A stretch of 64,000 bases of DNA from Epithemia pelagica. Taxonomy: Eukaryota; Protista; Bacillariophyta. The notes under the pieces were generated by a model that was given only the letters and a program-made list of their open reading frames with translations, did no database searches and was not told where the DNA came from. This document shows positions 1 through 10,500 of the stretch, piece by piece; positions within the stretch are counted from its first letter, which is position 1, and each line of letters begins with the position of its first letter. The DNA is taken from assembly GCA_946965045.2 (NCBI GenBank), contig OX337237.1, positions 1 through 64,000 of the forward strand, given 5' to 3'. The translations under genes were made by a program, and so were the position numbers.

Positions 1-543
1 CCCTAACCCTAACCCTAACCCTAACCCTAACCCTAACCCTAACCCTAACCCTAACCCTAACCCTAACCCTAACCCTAACCCTAACCCTAACCCTAACCCT
101 AACCCTAACCCTAACCCTAACCCTAACCCTAACCCTAACCCTAACCCTAACCCTAACCCTAACCCTAACCCTAACCCTAACCCTAACCCTAACCCTAACC
201 CTAACCCTAACCCTAACCCTAACCCTAACCCTAACCCTAACCCTAACCCTAACCCTAACCCTAACCCTAACCCTAACCCTAACCCTAACCCTAACCCTAA
301 CCCTAACCCTAACCCTAACCCTAACCCTAACCCTAACCCTAACCCTAACCCTAACCCTAACCCTAACCCTAACCCTAACCCTAACCCTAACCCTAACCCT
401 AACCCTAACCCTAACCCTAACCCTAACCCTAACCCTAACCCTAACCCTAACCCTAACCCTAACCCTAACCCTAACCCTAACCCTAACCCTAACGATACCT
501 AACCCTAACCCTAACCCTAACCCTAACCCTAACCCCAACCCTA
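1..543. repeat. Telomeric repeat array (CCCTAA)n, i.e. TTAGGG on the minus strand; left chromosome end
   Basis: About 90 tandem CCCTAA units from base 1. Variant units lie near the junction (AACGATACCTAA at ~491-502 and CCCCAA at ~533-538), then the sequence changes abruptly to unique DNA at ~544. Confidence 0.99.
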
Positions 544-1304
544 CTAGCTGCGGTGATAGCGATTGTGACGACGAACACGATGCGACCAATGGCCAATCCA
601 TTGCAAATTTAGAAACGATACGAAAAAGTTGCCAAGCGTTGGTGGAGAACCTCCCAGAAGCCTTCCGGGATGATATTTGCAACGATGCAAAAGCCCTAGC
701 AACAATATCCACCCGACTGTGTCCAAAGGTTCCATGGCTTACCATCAGATTGGAGTTTTGCCAAGACAACTATTGCGGTCGATGGCACCAAGACTACTAC
801 GTGGCCAGGTCCATCATTACCTATGTGGGACCAGGAACCTGTGCCGCCGAAGACAAAAATGTTCAATGGGATGAGATATCGGAAACAGCTGGGGATAAAT
901 CGAACGATAGTGCCGTGGCTGAAGAGCTTGTCGTGCAGATGCCCACCAATTCGGTCCTGCTAATGAAGGGTGACTCTTGGCCTGGAATTCGTGGCAAGGG
1001 ATTGACACACAAATCTCCCACTGATTTCGACGGCGATTTTCCTCCCAAACGATTGATTCTAAAGGTTGATTTGCACAATTCGCGTCCATTGCTAGCAAAT
1101 GACGACGATCCAGTTCTAGATGATGACAGTGAGCACGACAGTGTCGACGAAAGAGAACAAAACGCCGAAGGCTCCGAGGAAAATGGCAACGATGAGGAAT
1201 CATCAAGAGAACAAACAAAGTCGAAACATAGAAGGAAACGGGAGAGGCAATCGGAAGATGAGGAGAATTCATCTGGTAGAAAATCAGTGAAAGTGAGCCC
1301 ATGA
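543..1304 (+). pseudogene. 5'-truncated DUF1826-like (2OG-Fe(II) oxygenase-like fold) coding sequence
   Basis: Motifs CGRWHQD, RSIITYVGPGT, GLTHKSP and KRLILKVD match the DUF1826 pattern as I recall it. The frame is open from the TGA at 1302-1304 back into the telomere, with no in-frame ATG before the HxD motif; the track start at 639 is a TTG. Confidence 0.7.
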
Positions 1305-1711
1305 GAGACAGCATACGTCAAATTTCAAACCAAACAAGATGGGAATAGAAATGTCGGCTCGGTTGGGAAAATAATTCGTTGACTATTCTATATCAACCCA
1401 GGGACACTACCCGTAGAGGAGCAATTGCAAACCATCTCTTGCGCCATGCACTAATACTCCTGTAGCAATTGAAGACGATGTGGCGGGAACGAATTGCTAT
1501 TTCACGTCGGTCTGCACACTAGCCAATTTCGTGTATCATATCGCATTCGAAACCCCATGAGAACTAATTCTAAAAATTTCTATAGAACAGTAAACGTAGA
1601 ATCAGTAATGCGAGAATGATTTCATCAATAGTAGAATTAATTCCATACTCAAAACAAAATCGCTAGTGGACCTTTCCAGAGAACGACAGCGGACACGACT
1701 CCCCCATCCAA

Positions 1712-3386
1712 TCAATTATCCATTGTTTCTCGAAACAAGCTGACAGCTTTGCAATCTTCTTGTTCTTGATCGTGCTGCACTTGTCGGTGATGGATCCAAT
1801 GGGCCAGGCCGGTATGGAGTAAGGCATATTCGGCCGATCGTCGCTTCTTGGTCGTTTGGTTGCCGGCTGGAGCATGCTGTGAATCCATGCACGAGACCGT
1901 GACTTGTTTCATGAGGCTGACATGTGGTTCGTGTTCAAAATGGAAGAAAAATCGGGCTGCCAAATTGGGAGATAAAGTCCACATCTCCGCCCGTCAAGAC
2001 CACGTGGAAAGCAAACGAATTTTCATCCTCCTCCTTGAACAATGACACGGGTTCGGGCGGTTGACTACTCCGACTGGTACTTCGGTTCTCCTTGTCTTCG
2101 TCATCGATCTCCATGGCATCGGAGTCCTTCTCCGACGATTCTTGTTGCTCCGATTGTCGTTGTCGTTGTTGTTGTTGTGCTTTTGCTCGAACACGCTGCA
2201 TCCAAGGATTGATAATCTGCCAGGACAATTTCAAGGCCATGTTGCGGACAATGCTACAGAGCAAATTGTTGTAGACAATGGCTTGTTGTCGTTGCCGTTG
2301 TTGTACAAGACGCTCTGCATCATCGGATTTCTCTTTGTCTTCTTCCTCCATAAAGAACAAGGGTTGGTTCCACGAGTGGCATTCCTCCAAGCGCCGCTGG
2401 ACCCATTCAAACCACGGAGAATATTGCGTGTCGTCATTCCTATCATCATCATCATGATCCCGATGGGCCCATTCCAGGACGCGTCGACATTGCAACCCAA
2501 AGCCAGTCGTGTATCCATCCGCCAAAATGTGACCTCATTCATTGGTGGCAGTCCATTTCATCCAGGCACCACAATCCACCACCAAGAGTGCCGTTCGACG
2601 GGTATTAGTATGAGACCGGTGGGTCAATGGAAGAGAAGAAGAAGAATGATGCCAGGCACTGTAGACCAAGGCGCACTGATCGGCGGCTCGTGTCGTGCGC
2701 CGGAGGGATGCCTCACGCAATCGGTTGTCGTCTTCATCGTCGTCACTGTCGTCGGCAGTGTTGTCCACTGGTTCTTGTCTGTTTTCATGATAAAACGAGT
2801 CAGCCTCCAATTCCTGAACCCGAAACGCCATCGAGGCATGTTGCAACATGGACCAGAGTGCTTGCCAGGGCGAGAGTCGTTCTTACCAGGTTTCAAAGCG
2901 TCGTTGATTTTGCCGCTGTTTCTTGGCCCGTCGTTGCCCCTGCACAAGGGATCGGGTGCGATGCGTGGAACTGTGGTTGCTAGTGTTTGTGGTCGTCGTT
3001 GTTGATGCAGTCGCATCCGATTCTGGGGGACACCATAGGGAGGAACTATCCAAGGTTTGATAATACTACTCGGGAAAGAACGGACGGGGTTGGTCATCGT
3101 CGTCGGAAGCACGGGACTGAATCAGATAGACTGGTATCAAGAAACCACCACCGCCGCCACCCCAAGAAGCAGAATTCTTGGTAGCAGCAGGGATCCCATT
3201 TACGTTGTCGTCGTCGTTTGGTGGAACACCACCCGATTGGTTCTGCCGCATCCATTCCAGTGCGAGACGGGTCGGAACATAATCCTGCCAGTGTGTGGCT
3301 GGATTGGCATTGTGTTGGGCATTCCATTCAATTAACTGGGTTCTGACAAAACACGCAAACAAAGAGTGCGTGAGAAGGGACCGCAC
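1712..3386 (-). pseudogene. Probable type III pantothenate kinase (CoaX-like) pseudogene
   Basis: The minus-strand pieces read LLVVDCGAWMKWTATNE*GHILADGYTTGFGLQ (in-frame TGA at 2535-2537), then VVLTGGDVDFI, then after a frameshift ALLHTGLAHW. These resemble the CoaX motifs VD.GTA.T, GG.I.PG, TGGD and L...GL. The 5' boundary is uncertain. Confidence 0.5.
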
Positions 3387-4100
3387 GAAATTTGTGTGTG
3401 GGAAAGAAAGAGTCTTGTTCCACCACTTTTACACCCACAACACGAGATTATGGTCCATCCTACATTCCAGCTATTTTCGTGTAGAAACAACAACATTCAC
3501 CCAACAACGACAATAACAATAGGTTTCTCACCTACTACCACATTAGACGGGGTCTCCATGTAATATTGTTGTCCTCCTTGGATGCTTGTTCGTGCCAACA
3601 CCAATACAATAGAGTGGGGGAGTTGTTGTGCATCCACCCCTTGCAACGACACCCGTAATGCGCTTCAATTCCAGTGTCGGTGCATATTCGGTATCTGAAT
3701 CATTCACGTGGACGCCATCTCATGCTCCTTTCATCATGAGGGTCCTGATATTGATGGTGAAGGATTTGGTACCCAAACATCAACACTTCAACATGACCTT
3801 TTTCTGACACCACGAAGCCATGTCATAGAACACTGCATTCGTCACCGTACGACCAGGACGTCCTGAGACAATCGTCACCACCAATATATACAAAATCCAT
3901 GCCCTGAATGTCTCATTCCCTCGGTCACTCCTTCTCTTCCTGTATGTTGCAAACTAATGTATACACCAAGAGACCACAGATGTTACGGTGAACTATGGAC
4001 CAGAGACTGAGATAGGATGTAGCATTGCTACCACAGCCAACGTGTTGCCAATCAAGTGCCTGCCACTCATAAATCAAACAGACTGTCTCAACTCATTCGA

Positions 4101-5588
4101 CTAGAGCGAGCGATCCCTTGGTTCAGCATCCACAACACCTCCCACTCGCGACGCAATGTGTGCAAATTCAGTGTAGTCGTCGAAAGATTCATTGGGAAAT
4201 CGCCTGTGGTGCAGCTTTCCATACGGAAACACAGGTGGAGGTGGTGGAGTGCCAACATCATGGATGTACTTTCCTTCATAAACGGGTTGGCTGTCTCCGT
4301 GTTGTTTGAAAGGCATGGAAAGGGGTCGGGTATGCCACACGTAGAGTTTTGTGCAATTATCCCCCAGTGGATTCACATCGGACCGCTTTTCCACCAACTG
4401 TTGCATAAACCTCGTTTCCAAAGTTCCTCCAGGCCACATCCAGTTGAATCGGACTTTTCTCTGTAAACGTGGTCGTTTGTTATTGTTGTTGTTGTTGTTG
4501 TTCGGGAGCAACAGGTCCGTGTGAAATGCAAATCCAGCCATGTCAATTGGAAACCTTCGAGTCTGCTGCATATAGCCAGATGAAATGGATATTACGCGAC
4601 CTGTGGTATGATTCACAACACACCGTTCAATACTGGCAGCGCCCACGAGACCCACTGGCAACATACCGACAGTCTTCGTTTCACGTAAGGCCGGAAACAA
4701 GCGCAGATCATAGGTGTTGTCATCATCGCCAAAATAGACAACGCCTGCCATGCTGCTTGTCATGTTGCTTGTCGCGATCAATCGTTGACTCTGATTCTGA
4801 ACCAAAGATTCCACTAGTTCCAAGGCACGATTCCGTTGATCTACACCGCGATGACCAAAGGCCCCCTTGGGCTGATTCGTCTTGGCAACAACATGCGCAA
4901 AGGGCAACCCGAGTCGATGCAACAAGGCCCGAATTGCTGATGAACAACATGTGTCTGTATCTTCCACAATCACCCAATAAATATTCCCATCCAGCTTCAA
5001 AGTTTGACCAAAAGACATCAAATTGTCAAGTTGAGTCAGTCCTCGCTTGGATGTCGTAGGTGTGATGATGTATACAATGGGCTCGTCCAAGGGTATTCGG
5101 TCTCGGTGCTTCCAGCGATACTGTTGCACTTCACTCGGACTTGTTATATACATCGAATCAACTGGACTCAACGATTCTTCTTCCGAAAACAATAACATGT
5201 CCGGCGACGCAACAAAGCGAAAGGGGGAACGAGGTACGGACTCGGACTTTGACCTTGACGAAGGATTGCCAGTGTCTGGAGAGTCAATAAAAGTATATCG
5301 AATCGTACTTTGAAATCGAGCAGAGTGGAAACTTGTTGTCGATTTCGTCTGGTTTTGTGTGTTTTTGATGAAGAAGAAAATTGTCTCCTCAATTGACAGC
5401 AACAGAACCAACATCACCACAAAGAACCAGAAATCAGCTTTCGCTCGAGAGTCCTTGACACTAGACTCATGATGGATGGACTGCAAGAGGTCGTTCCCAT
5501 TCCGGGAGTGATTCTTGTTATCACTACTGGCACAGCTCTTGTCTTTTACCCATTGTTGATTTGCCTGGAGAGGGAGTGGACGGGCCAT
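4101..5588 (-). CDS. Glycosyltransferase family 43 (beta-1,3-glucuronosyltransferase, GlcAT-I/B3GAT-like), type II membrane protein
   Basis: ATG at 5588 and an N-terminal TM segment (FWFFVVMLVLLLSI). GT43 motifs: IYIITPT-like, WVIVED, RGVDQRNRAL, GVVYFGDDDNTYDLRLF, FPIDMAGFA, LETRF, CTKLYVWHTR. Confidence 0.93.
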   Translation of the reverse strand: MARPLPLQANQQWVKDKSCASSDNKNHSRNGNDLLQSIHHESSVKDSRAKADFWFFVVMLVLLLSIEETIFFFIKNTQNQTKSTTSFHSARFQSTIRYTFIDSPDTGNPSSRSKSESVPRSPFRFVASPDMLLFSEEESLSPVDSMYITSPSEVQQYRWKHRDRIPLDEPIVYIITPTTSKRGLTQLDNLMSFGQTLKLDGNIYWVIVEDTDTCCSSAIRALLHRLGLPFAHVVAKTNQPKGAFGHRGVDQRNRALELVESLVQNQSQRLIATSNMTSSMAGVVYFGDDDNTYDLRLFPALRETKTVGMLPVGLVGAASIERCVVNHTTGRVISISSGYMQQTRRFPIDMAGFAFHTDLLLPNNNNNNNNKRPRLQRKVRFNWMWPGGTLETRFMQQLVEKRSDVNPLGDNCTKLYVWHTRPLSMPFKQHGDSQPVYEGKYIHDVGTPPPPPVFPYGKLHHRRFPNESFDDYTEFAHIASRVGGVVDAEPRDRSL

Positions 5589-5789
5589 TTTCACTTGAAC
5601 TTTAGGAAGGCTTTGCTATCTTGTTCGTGACACAGAGCTTTTACGTCATATGCAATTTCGTGTTTGCATGTAGAAAGACGAACGAGCCGCCATTCCCATG
5701 GGCGACGATGCTTAAATTCCGCCCAACGGTCGGATTTGGCGTATCTTTCGATGCAGTCGCACTTTGGTCTCCGTCTTCCACCGCTTATT

Positions 5790-6023
5790 TGTTGGAAAAT
5801 CCCCTTTGCCGCCTGGCGCATTCGGAACCAGGGGGGACATCTCCCGTGCGTAAGGGTTTCCCCCATGACCCACGTCACCAATGGACACTATTCACTGACG
5901 ACCCTCATACGTCAGCACCATTTGCACCCATAGCGTAACATGACCATACCTATAATTTACTCAATCCCCTTTTACGAAACTAGTTGGCCCTTTTAATCGG
6001 CAGTGACCACGGTTAAAACAACA
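5790..6023 (+). repeat. 5' LTR of copia element 1
   Basis: TGTTGGAAAATCCCC...GGTTAAAACAACA; direct repeat of 11831-12064. Confidence 0.97.
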
Positions 6024-6037
6024 CGCTTCCTCTGCGC
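6024..6037 (+). other. Putative non-canonical primer-binding site, complementary to the tRNA-iMet D-arm
   Basis: CGCTTCCTCTGCGC lies directly after the LTR. Its reverse complement GCGCAGAGGAAGCG matches eukaryotic initiator tRNA-Met nt ~10-23 (GCGCAG[C/U]GGAAGCG) at 13 of 14 positions. There is no TGG-type PBS. Confidence 0.7.
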
Positions 6038-6108
6038 GATAACTGTGACCTTTCATAAGAAAACTCACCGATTTGTGCCGTGAACTACTTTCAGGAGAGC
6101 AAGTGAAC

Positions 6109-7503
6109 ATGGGAGACGCGGCTGGAGCAGACGCCCAAGCACTCGTTCAAGCCTTGAACAATGCATCCGTTGCGATCCAGAACGCAATAGCGCAAGCAGC
6201 TGCCGGACCAGGAGCACCAGCTGCAGGACCATTCCTCCGTACCCCCTTGCGAGCTGGGATTGCAAACACCCTGGATTTTAGCACGAAAGAAGGCAGGAAG
6301 TACTACGAACAGGCAACGAGATCCTTATTCTCGACCGACGAGAAGTTTGATGTAGAGCCAGGCAGGTTCCAACTATTCGTGAACCTACTCCATACGCGGG
6401 CTCGCGACCTCGGAATGCTCGAGAATGGAGCCAACTGCATGGTAACAGTTCCGGCACCTCCAGGCGGAGTCGCACCACCAGCTGTCAACATGATCACGGA
6501 TTATGGACGCTTGACGTTGGAGGAAATCAAGGCCTACGAAACGACATTCATCGGACAGAACACCAGGAACTCGCAGAACTCCAAGATGCTTCATGACTTA
6601 ATCATGAACTCACTCTCACCAACCGGTATTCAACGTATCCAAATTTGGACGAATGAGACCAAGGTGAATGGGGAAGATGCAGGAGGATGCCTCTTCAAGG
6701 TCGTGATTCGCGAGAGTTACCTTGACTCTAACGCGACTGTCACTACGTTGCGACTGAACCTAACGAACCTCGATCGCTACATCGAGACGAACGGGTCCGA
6801 TATAGTCGCATTCAACGCCTACGTGCAGAGCCAAGTTGACGGTTTGGCATCCAGAGGACATACATCATTAGACCTAATCGTTAACTTGTTTAAAGGCTAC
6901 AAAGCCGTCAAGGACGACCGTTTTCAGGATTATATCCAAAAGATTGAGGATGGCCATGAAGACGGTTCAAATGTCATCACGAGCGCAAACGAATTGATGG
7001 TTCGCGCCGTCAACTTCTACAAGAAACAAGTGACGCGCGACGAATGGGAGCAACCAACCCAACACCAAAAGGAGGTACTAGCCCTCCAGGCCGAGGTACT
7101 CCACCTCAAAAAGCAGTCCAGCAAGAACAACGCGGACAAGGCAAAAGGAAAAGATGGAGTCCACAAGAAAGGCACCAAAGCAAAACTGGAGAACACCAAG
7201 CAAAAACCCGAGCGACCAGGTTGGCTCAAGGACCACACGAAGCCGAAACAGGAAAGCCTGACAAAGTACCGCACATGGAATGGTACCAAGTGGTACTGGT
7301 GCGACGAAGCCACAGGCGGCAAGTGTGGTGGCAAGTGGAGGACCCACAAGCCGGCGGATTGCAAAGGGTATGCGAAACCAGCACCGAAAACGGATGCAAA
7401 AGAAGAAAAGAAGAAGAAAGAAGCTCTGAAGATGGCAGTGGCGCATGAGACACTGATCGAGAACAGAGAACACGAGCAGGAGGACTCCGATTACGAATCG
7501 TGA
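6109..7503 (+). CDS. gag: Gag protein of copia element 1
   Basis: First ATG at 6109 (the track start 6073 is TTG). The retrotransposon gag-like core (SYLDSNATVTTLRLNL, LFKGY) is followed by a C-terminal Cys/His knuckle, WCDEATGGKCGGKWRTHKPADC. It ends at TGA 7501-7503. Confidence 0.9.
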   Translation: MGDAAGADAQALVQALNNASVAIQNAIAQAAAGPGAPAAGPFLRTPLRAGIANTLDFSTKEGRKYYEQATRSLFSTDEKFDVEPGRFQLFVNLLHTRARDLGMLENGANCMVTVPAPPGGVAPPAVNMITDYGRLTLEEIKAYETTFIGQNTRNSQNSKMLHDLIMNSLSPTGIQRIQIWTNETKVNGEDAGGCLFKVVIRESYLDSNATVTTLRLNLTNLDRYIETNGSDIVAFNAYVQSQVDGLASRGHTSLDLIVNLFKGYKAVKDDRFQDYIQKIEDGHEDGSNVITSANELMVRAVNFYKKQVTRDEWEQPTQHQKEVLALQAEVLHLKKQSSKNNADKAKGKDGVHKKGTKAKLENTKQKPERPGWLKDHTKPKQESLTKYRTWNGTKWYWCDEATGGKCGGKWRTHKPADCKGYAKPAPKTDAKEEKKKKEALKMAVAHETLIENREHEQEDSDYES

Positions 7504-10500
7504 CTCCTATGGAGAGAGTGGAAAACAGTAACAACATTAGTAACTCTGATCTTGTACATGTACGCCACTCTCTCCCTCGAAGAAATAATCACTTACCTGT
7601 GGTTATGGACCCTTGTCCAATTCCTGAAACGAACGACAACCATGATAGAAGCAGCGACAAAGCTCATCATAGTCGTTCTCCACCAGGGGGAGGAAGACGA
7701 GTCGACGACGAACAAGAAGGATTGGATGCACCACGCTATTACGATGACCAACGAGACAGTCGAAGGCATGGCAAACTGGGTAGACACGAAATTCCTGGAC
7801 ACGAAGCAAAGGAAGAAAGTGAGACCATGGCGAAAAAGAAGGGCGCGAAAGATAATATGTAGCGCTGCAATCATGGCCATGGCGGCCAGATGCGCCGCGG
7901 CAACCAACTGCCACCCATTCGACTCAGACTCAACGATGATTGGCATCGACAACAGGTGTTCGGGTTGCATCACCCACGTTCGAAGCGACATACCTGGTGC
8001 TTTGAAGCAGTGCAACAAAGCAATCAAAGGTTTTGGAGGTGCGAAAACTTATGAAGTGTGGACGGGCACCATACACTGGGACTGGGAGGATGACCAAGGA
8101 AAGATCCATACGATGGTGATTCCCAACTCGTACTATGTTCCAGAAGGTAAGGTCCGACTACTGAGCCCGCAACACTGGGCGCAGACTCGGAAAAGTAGTG
8201 AAAAGCGCGGCGGGGCGGGCGAAATGACCACAGGCACAGAAGTAGTACTATTCTGGAACGACCGTCAGTCACGAAGGACGATCCCAATAGATACACACGG
8301 CAATAATGTGGCTACGTTCCATCTCGCGAGTGGGTACAAGCAGTACCATGCCTACTGTAAAGAATGTGGGACTGAGCGCGACCGCGACTACGACAAAGAC
8401 CCATTATTACAGCATCAAGCCATGCCGTCAATGGTGGTATCCGATGACGAGGGGGAAGACGACGAGACGACCTACCCGATCCAAGCCCAACAATGGCACC
8501 AGGCCATTCCGAAACCGACGGTAGAGGCAACGCCAGACGCAGCAACCCAACAAACGGACGAAGCAGAGCCTCGCAAGTTTGACTTCGACCTGGATGGAAA
8601 GACTGCCGACGACGAAATTCCACCGCCAGACATCATCCCACACGAGGAGGAGGAACGGCCAACGGCGGAGGCAGAGTTGCTCAGGTACCACTACGACTTT
8701 GGGCACCTGCCATTCGCTAAACTACAACAAATGGCAAAGGACAGAATACTGCCGAAACGACTGGCGAATTGTCACATCCCAGTGTGCTCGGCATGCAATT
8801 TCGCCAAAGCAACGAAGCGAGCATGGCGCACAAGGTCGTCGAAAGACTGGTCGAACAAGACACCTCCAAGCAAGCCAGGCATGGTTGTGTCGGTCGACCA
8901 GTTAGTGTCGCCCACTCCAGGACTCGTGGCCCAGATGACAGGGTTCATCACGAAACAGCGCTACAGATACGCTACCGTGTATGTGGACCAAGCGACGTCA
9001 CTGGGCTTCGTTTTCCTACAGAAGACCTCAACCGTTGAAGAGACACTGCAAGGCAAGAGAGCTTTTGAGCGCTATGCCATTAACAGAGGAGTGTCAGTGC
9101 GTGCCTACCACGCCGACAACGGTATTTTTAAAGCGCACGGGTGGGTGAAGGCTTGTCATGACCAAGGACAAGACCTCACGTTCGCAGCAGTTGGCGCCCA
9201 CCACTCAAATGGAAAGGCGGAGCGCAGAATAAGAGAGTTGCAAGGGATGGCGCGCACAATGCTTTTGCACGCGAACAAGCGATGGCCACAGGCAATCACT
9301 GCCAATTTGTGGCCTTACGCCGTGCGCCATGCAAACGACTGCATTAACGCGGCCCCCAATATGCAACACGAAACGAAGCAATCGCCAATCCAACTGTTCT
9401 CTCAAACAGCCATTAACACGAACAAAAAGCACTGGAGGCCCTTTGGATGCCCAGTGTACTTGCTGGATGAACGATTGCAAGGGAACAAACCACACAATAA
9501 GTGGGAAAATCGAGCACGCGTGGGAATTTACTTGGGCCAGTCGCCAATCCACAACAGGAATGTGGCACTGGTCCTCAACCGACACACTGGGCATGTAAGT
9601 CCACAATTCCACGTACGATTCGATCGCAGTTTCCATACCCTCCATCAGGAGCAACTGACGGCAACGTGGCAAGTCAGTACATTCTTCGCTGACGCCAAAC
9701 GAACCGGACAACCGCAGAGGAGCCAGAACGGAAAACGACGGAGGAGGCACAAGGGGCAAGAGGGAGCCCCACAACACACTCCAACTGGCACTCCAACGGA
9801 CGAAGGGCAACAACAACTGCCAAACAATGTATGGCCGGATGAGGCACCCAACCAAAGTCCAACCACAGGTCCACCAGGTGGGACGCCACCACAAGCAACA
9901 CAGACTGGACGAACCATGGAACGAATGCCTCCAGTGGACTCAGAGGGAGCACACGGCCAGAGGGAGCGGCAACCCCCGCAAACAACAACAACCAACCAAA
10001 TGCGGACTAGATCGGGACGACTGCGCAAACCGACGCAACGTCTCATTGAAGTAATGTCCGCAGAGGTAGAGGATGACGCGACAATACCGGGGGAACTATT
10101 TGCTCTCTCCACCCTCACGCCGCAAGACGACATGGAGGGGGAGGACCCACTCCTGGCATACAAAGCGGCAGTCTCCGACCCGGATACAATGTATCATCAT
10201 GAGGCTATGAAAGAGCCAGACAGGGCGGAGTTTATAAAGGGCATGCAAAAGGAAATGGAGCGACAGATGGAAGATGGAAATCTATCTATCGTGCGCCGCG
10301 ATTCAGTCCCAGCAGGCCAACGCATCTTCAAGGCAGTATGGCAAATGCGCAGAAAAAGGGACATCATGACACGCGAGATCAAAACACACAAGGCAAGACT
10401 CAATTTCGATGGGTCCAAGATGGAAAAGGGCATAGACTACGACCAGACATATGCCCCAGTTGCATCGTGGGCATCCATCAGACTGGTCCTAGCTCTGGTA

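Noticed and set aside
2061-3005. 314-aa plus-strand ORF
   Set aside because: It is the antisense shadow of the minus-strand PanK-like pseudogene; its hydrophobic composition mirrors the charged sense strand.
7500-7862. 120-aa overlapping ORF in another frame at the gag-pol junction
   Set aside because: It starts at GTG, has no recognisable motif and overlaps the pol frame. It cannot be excluded as a regulatory uORF but is unsupported.
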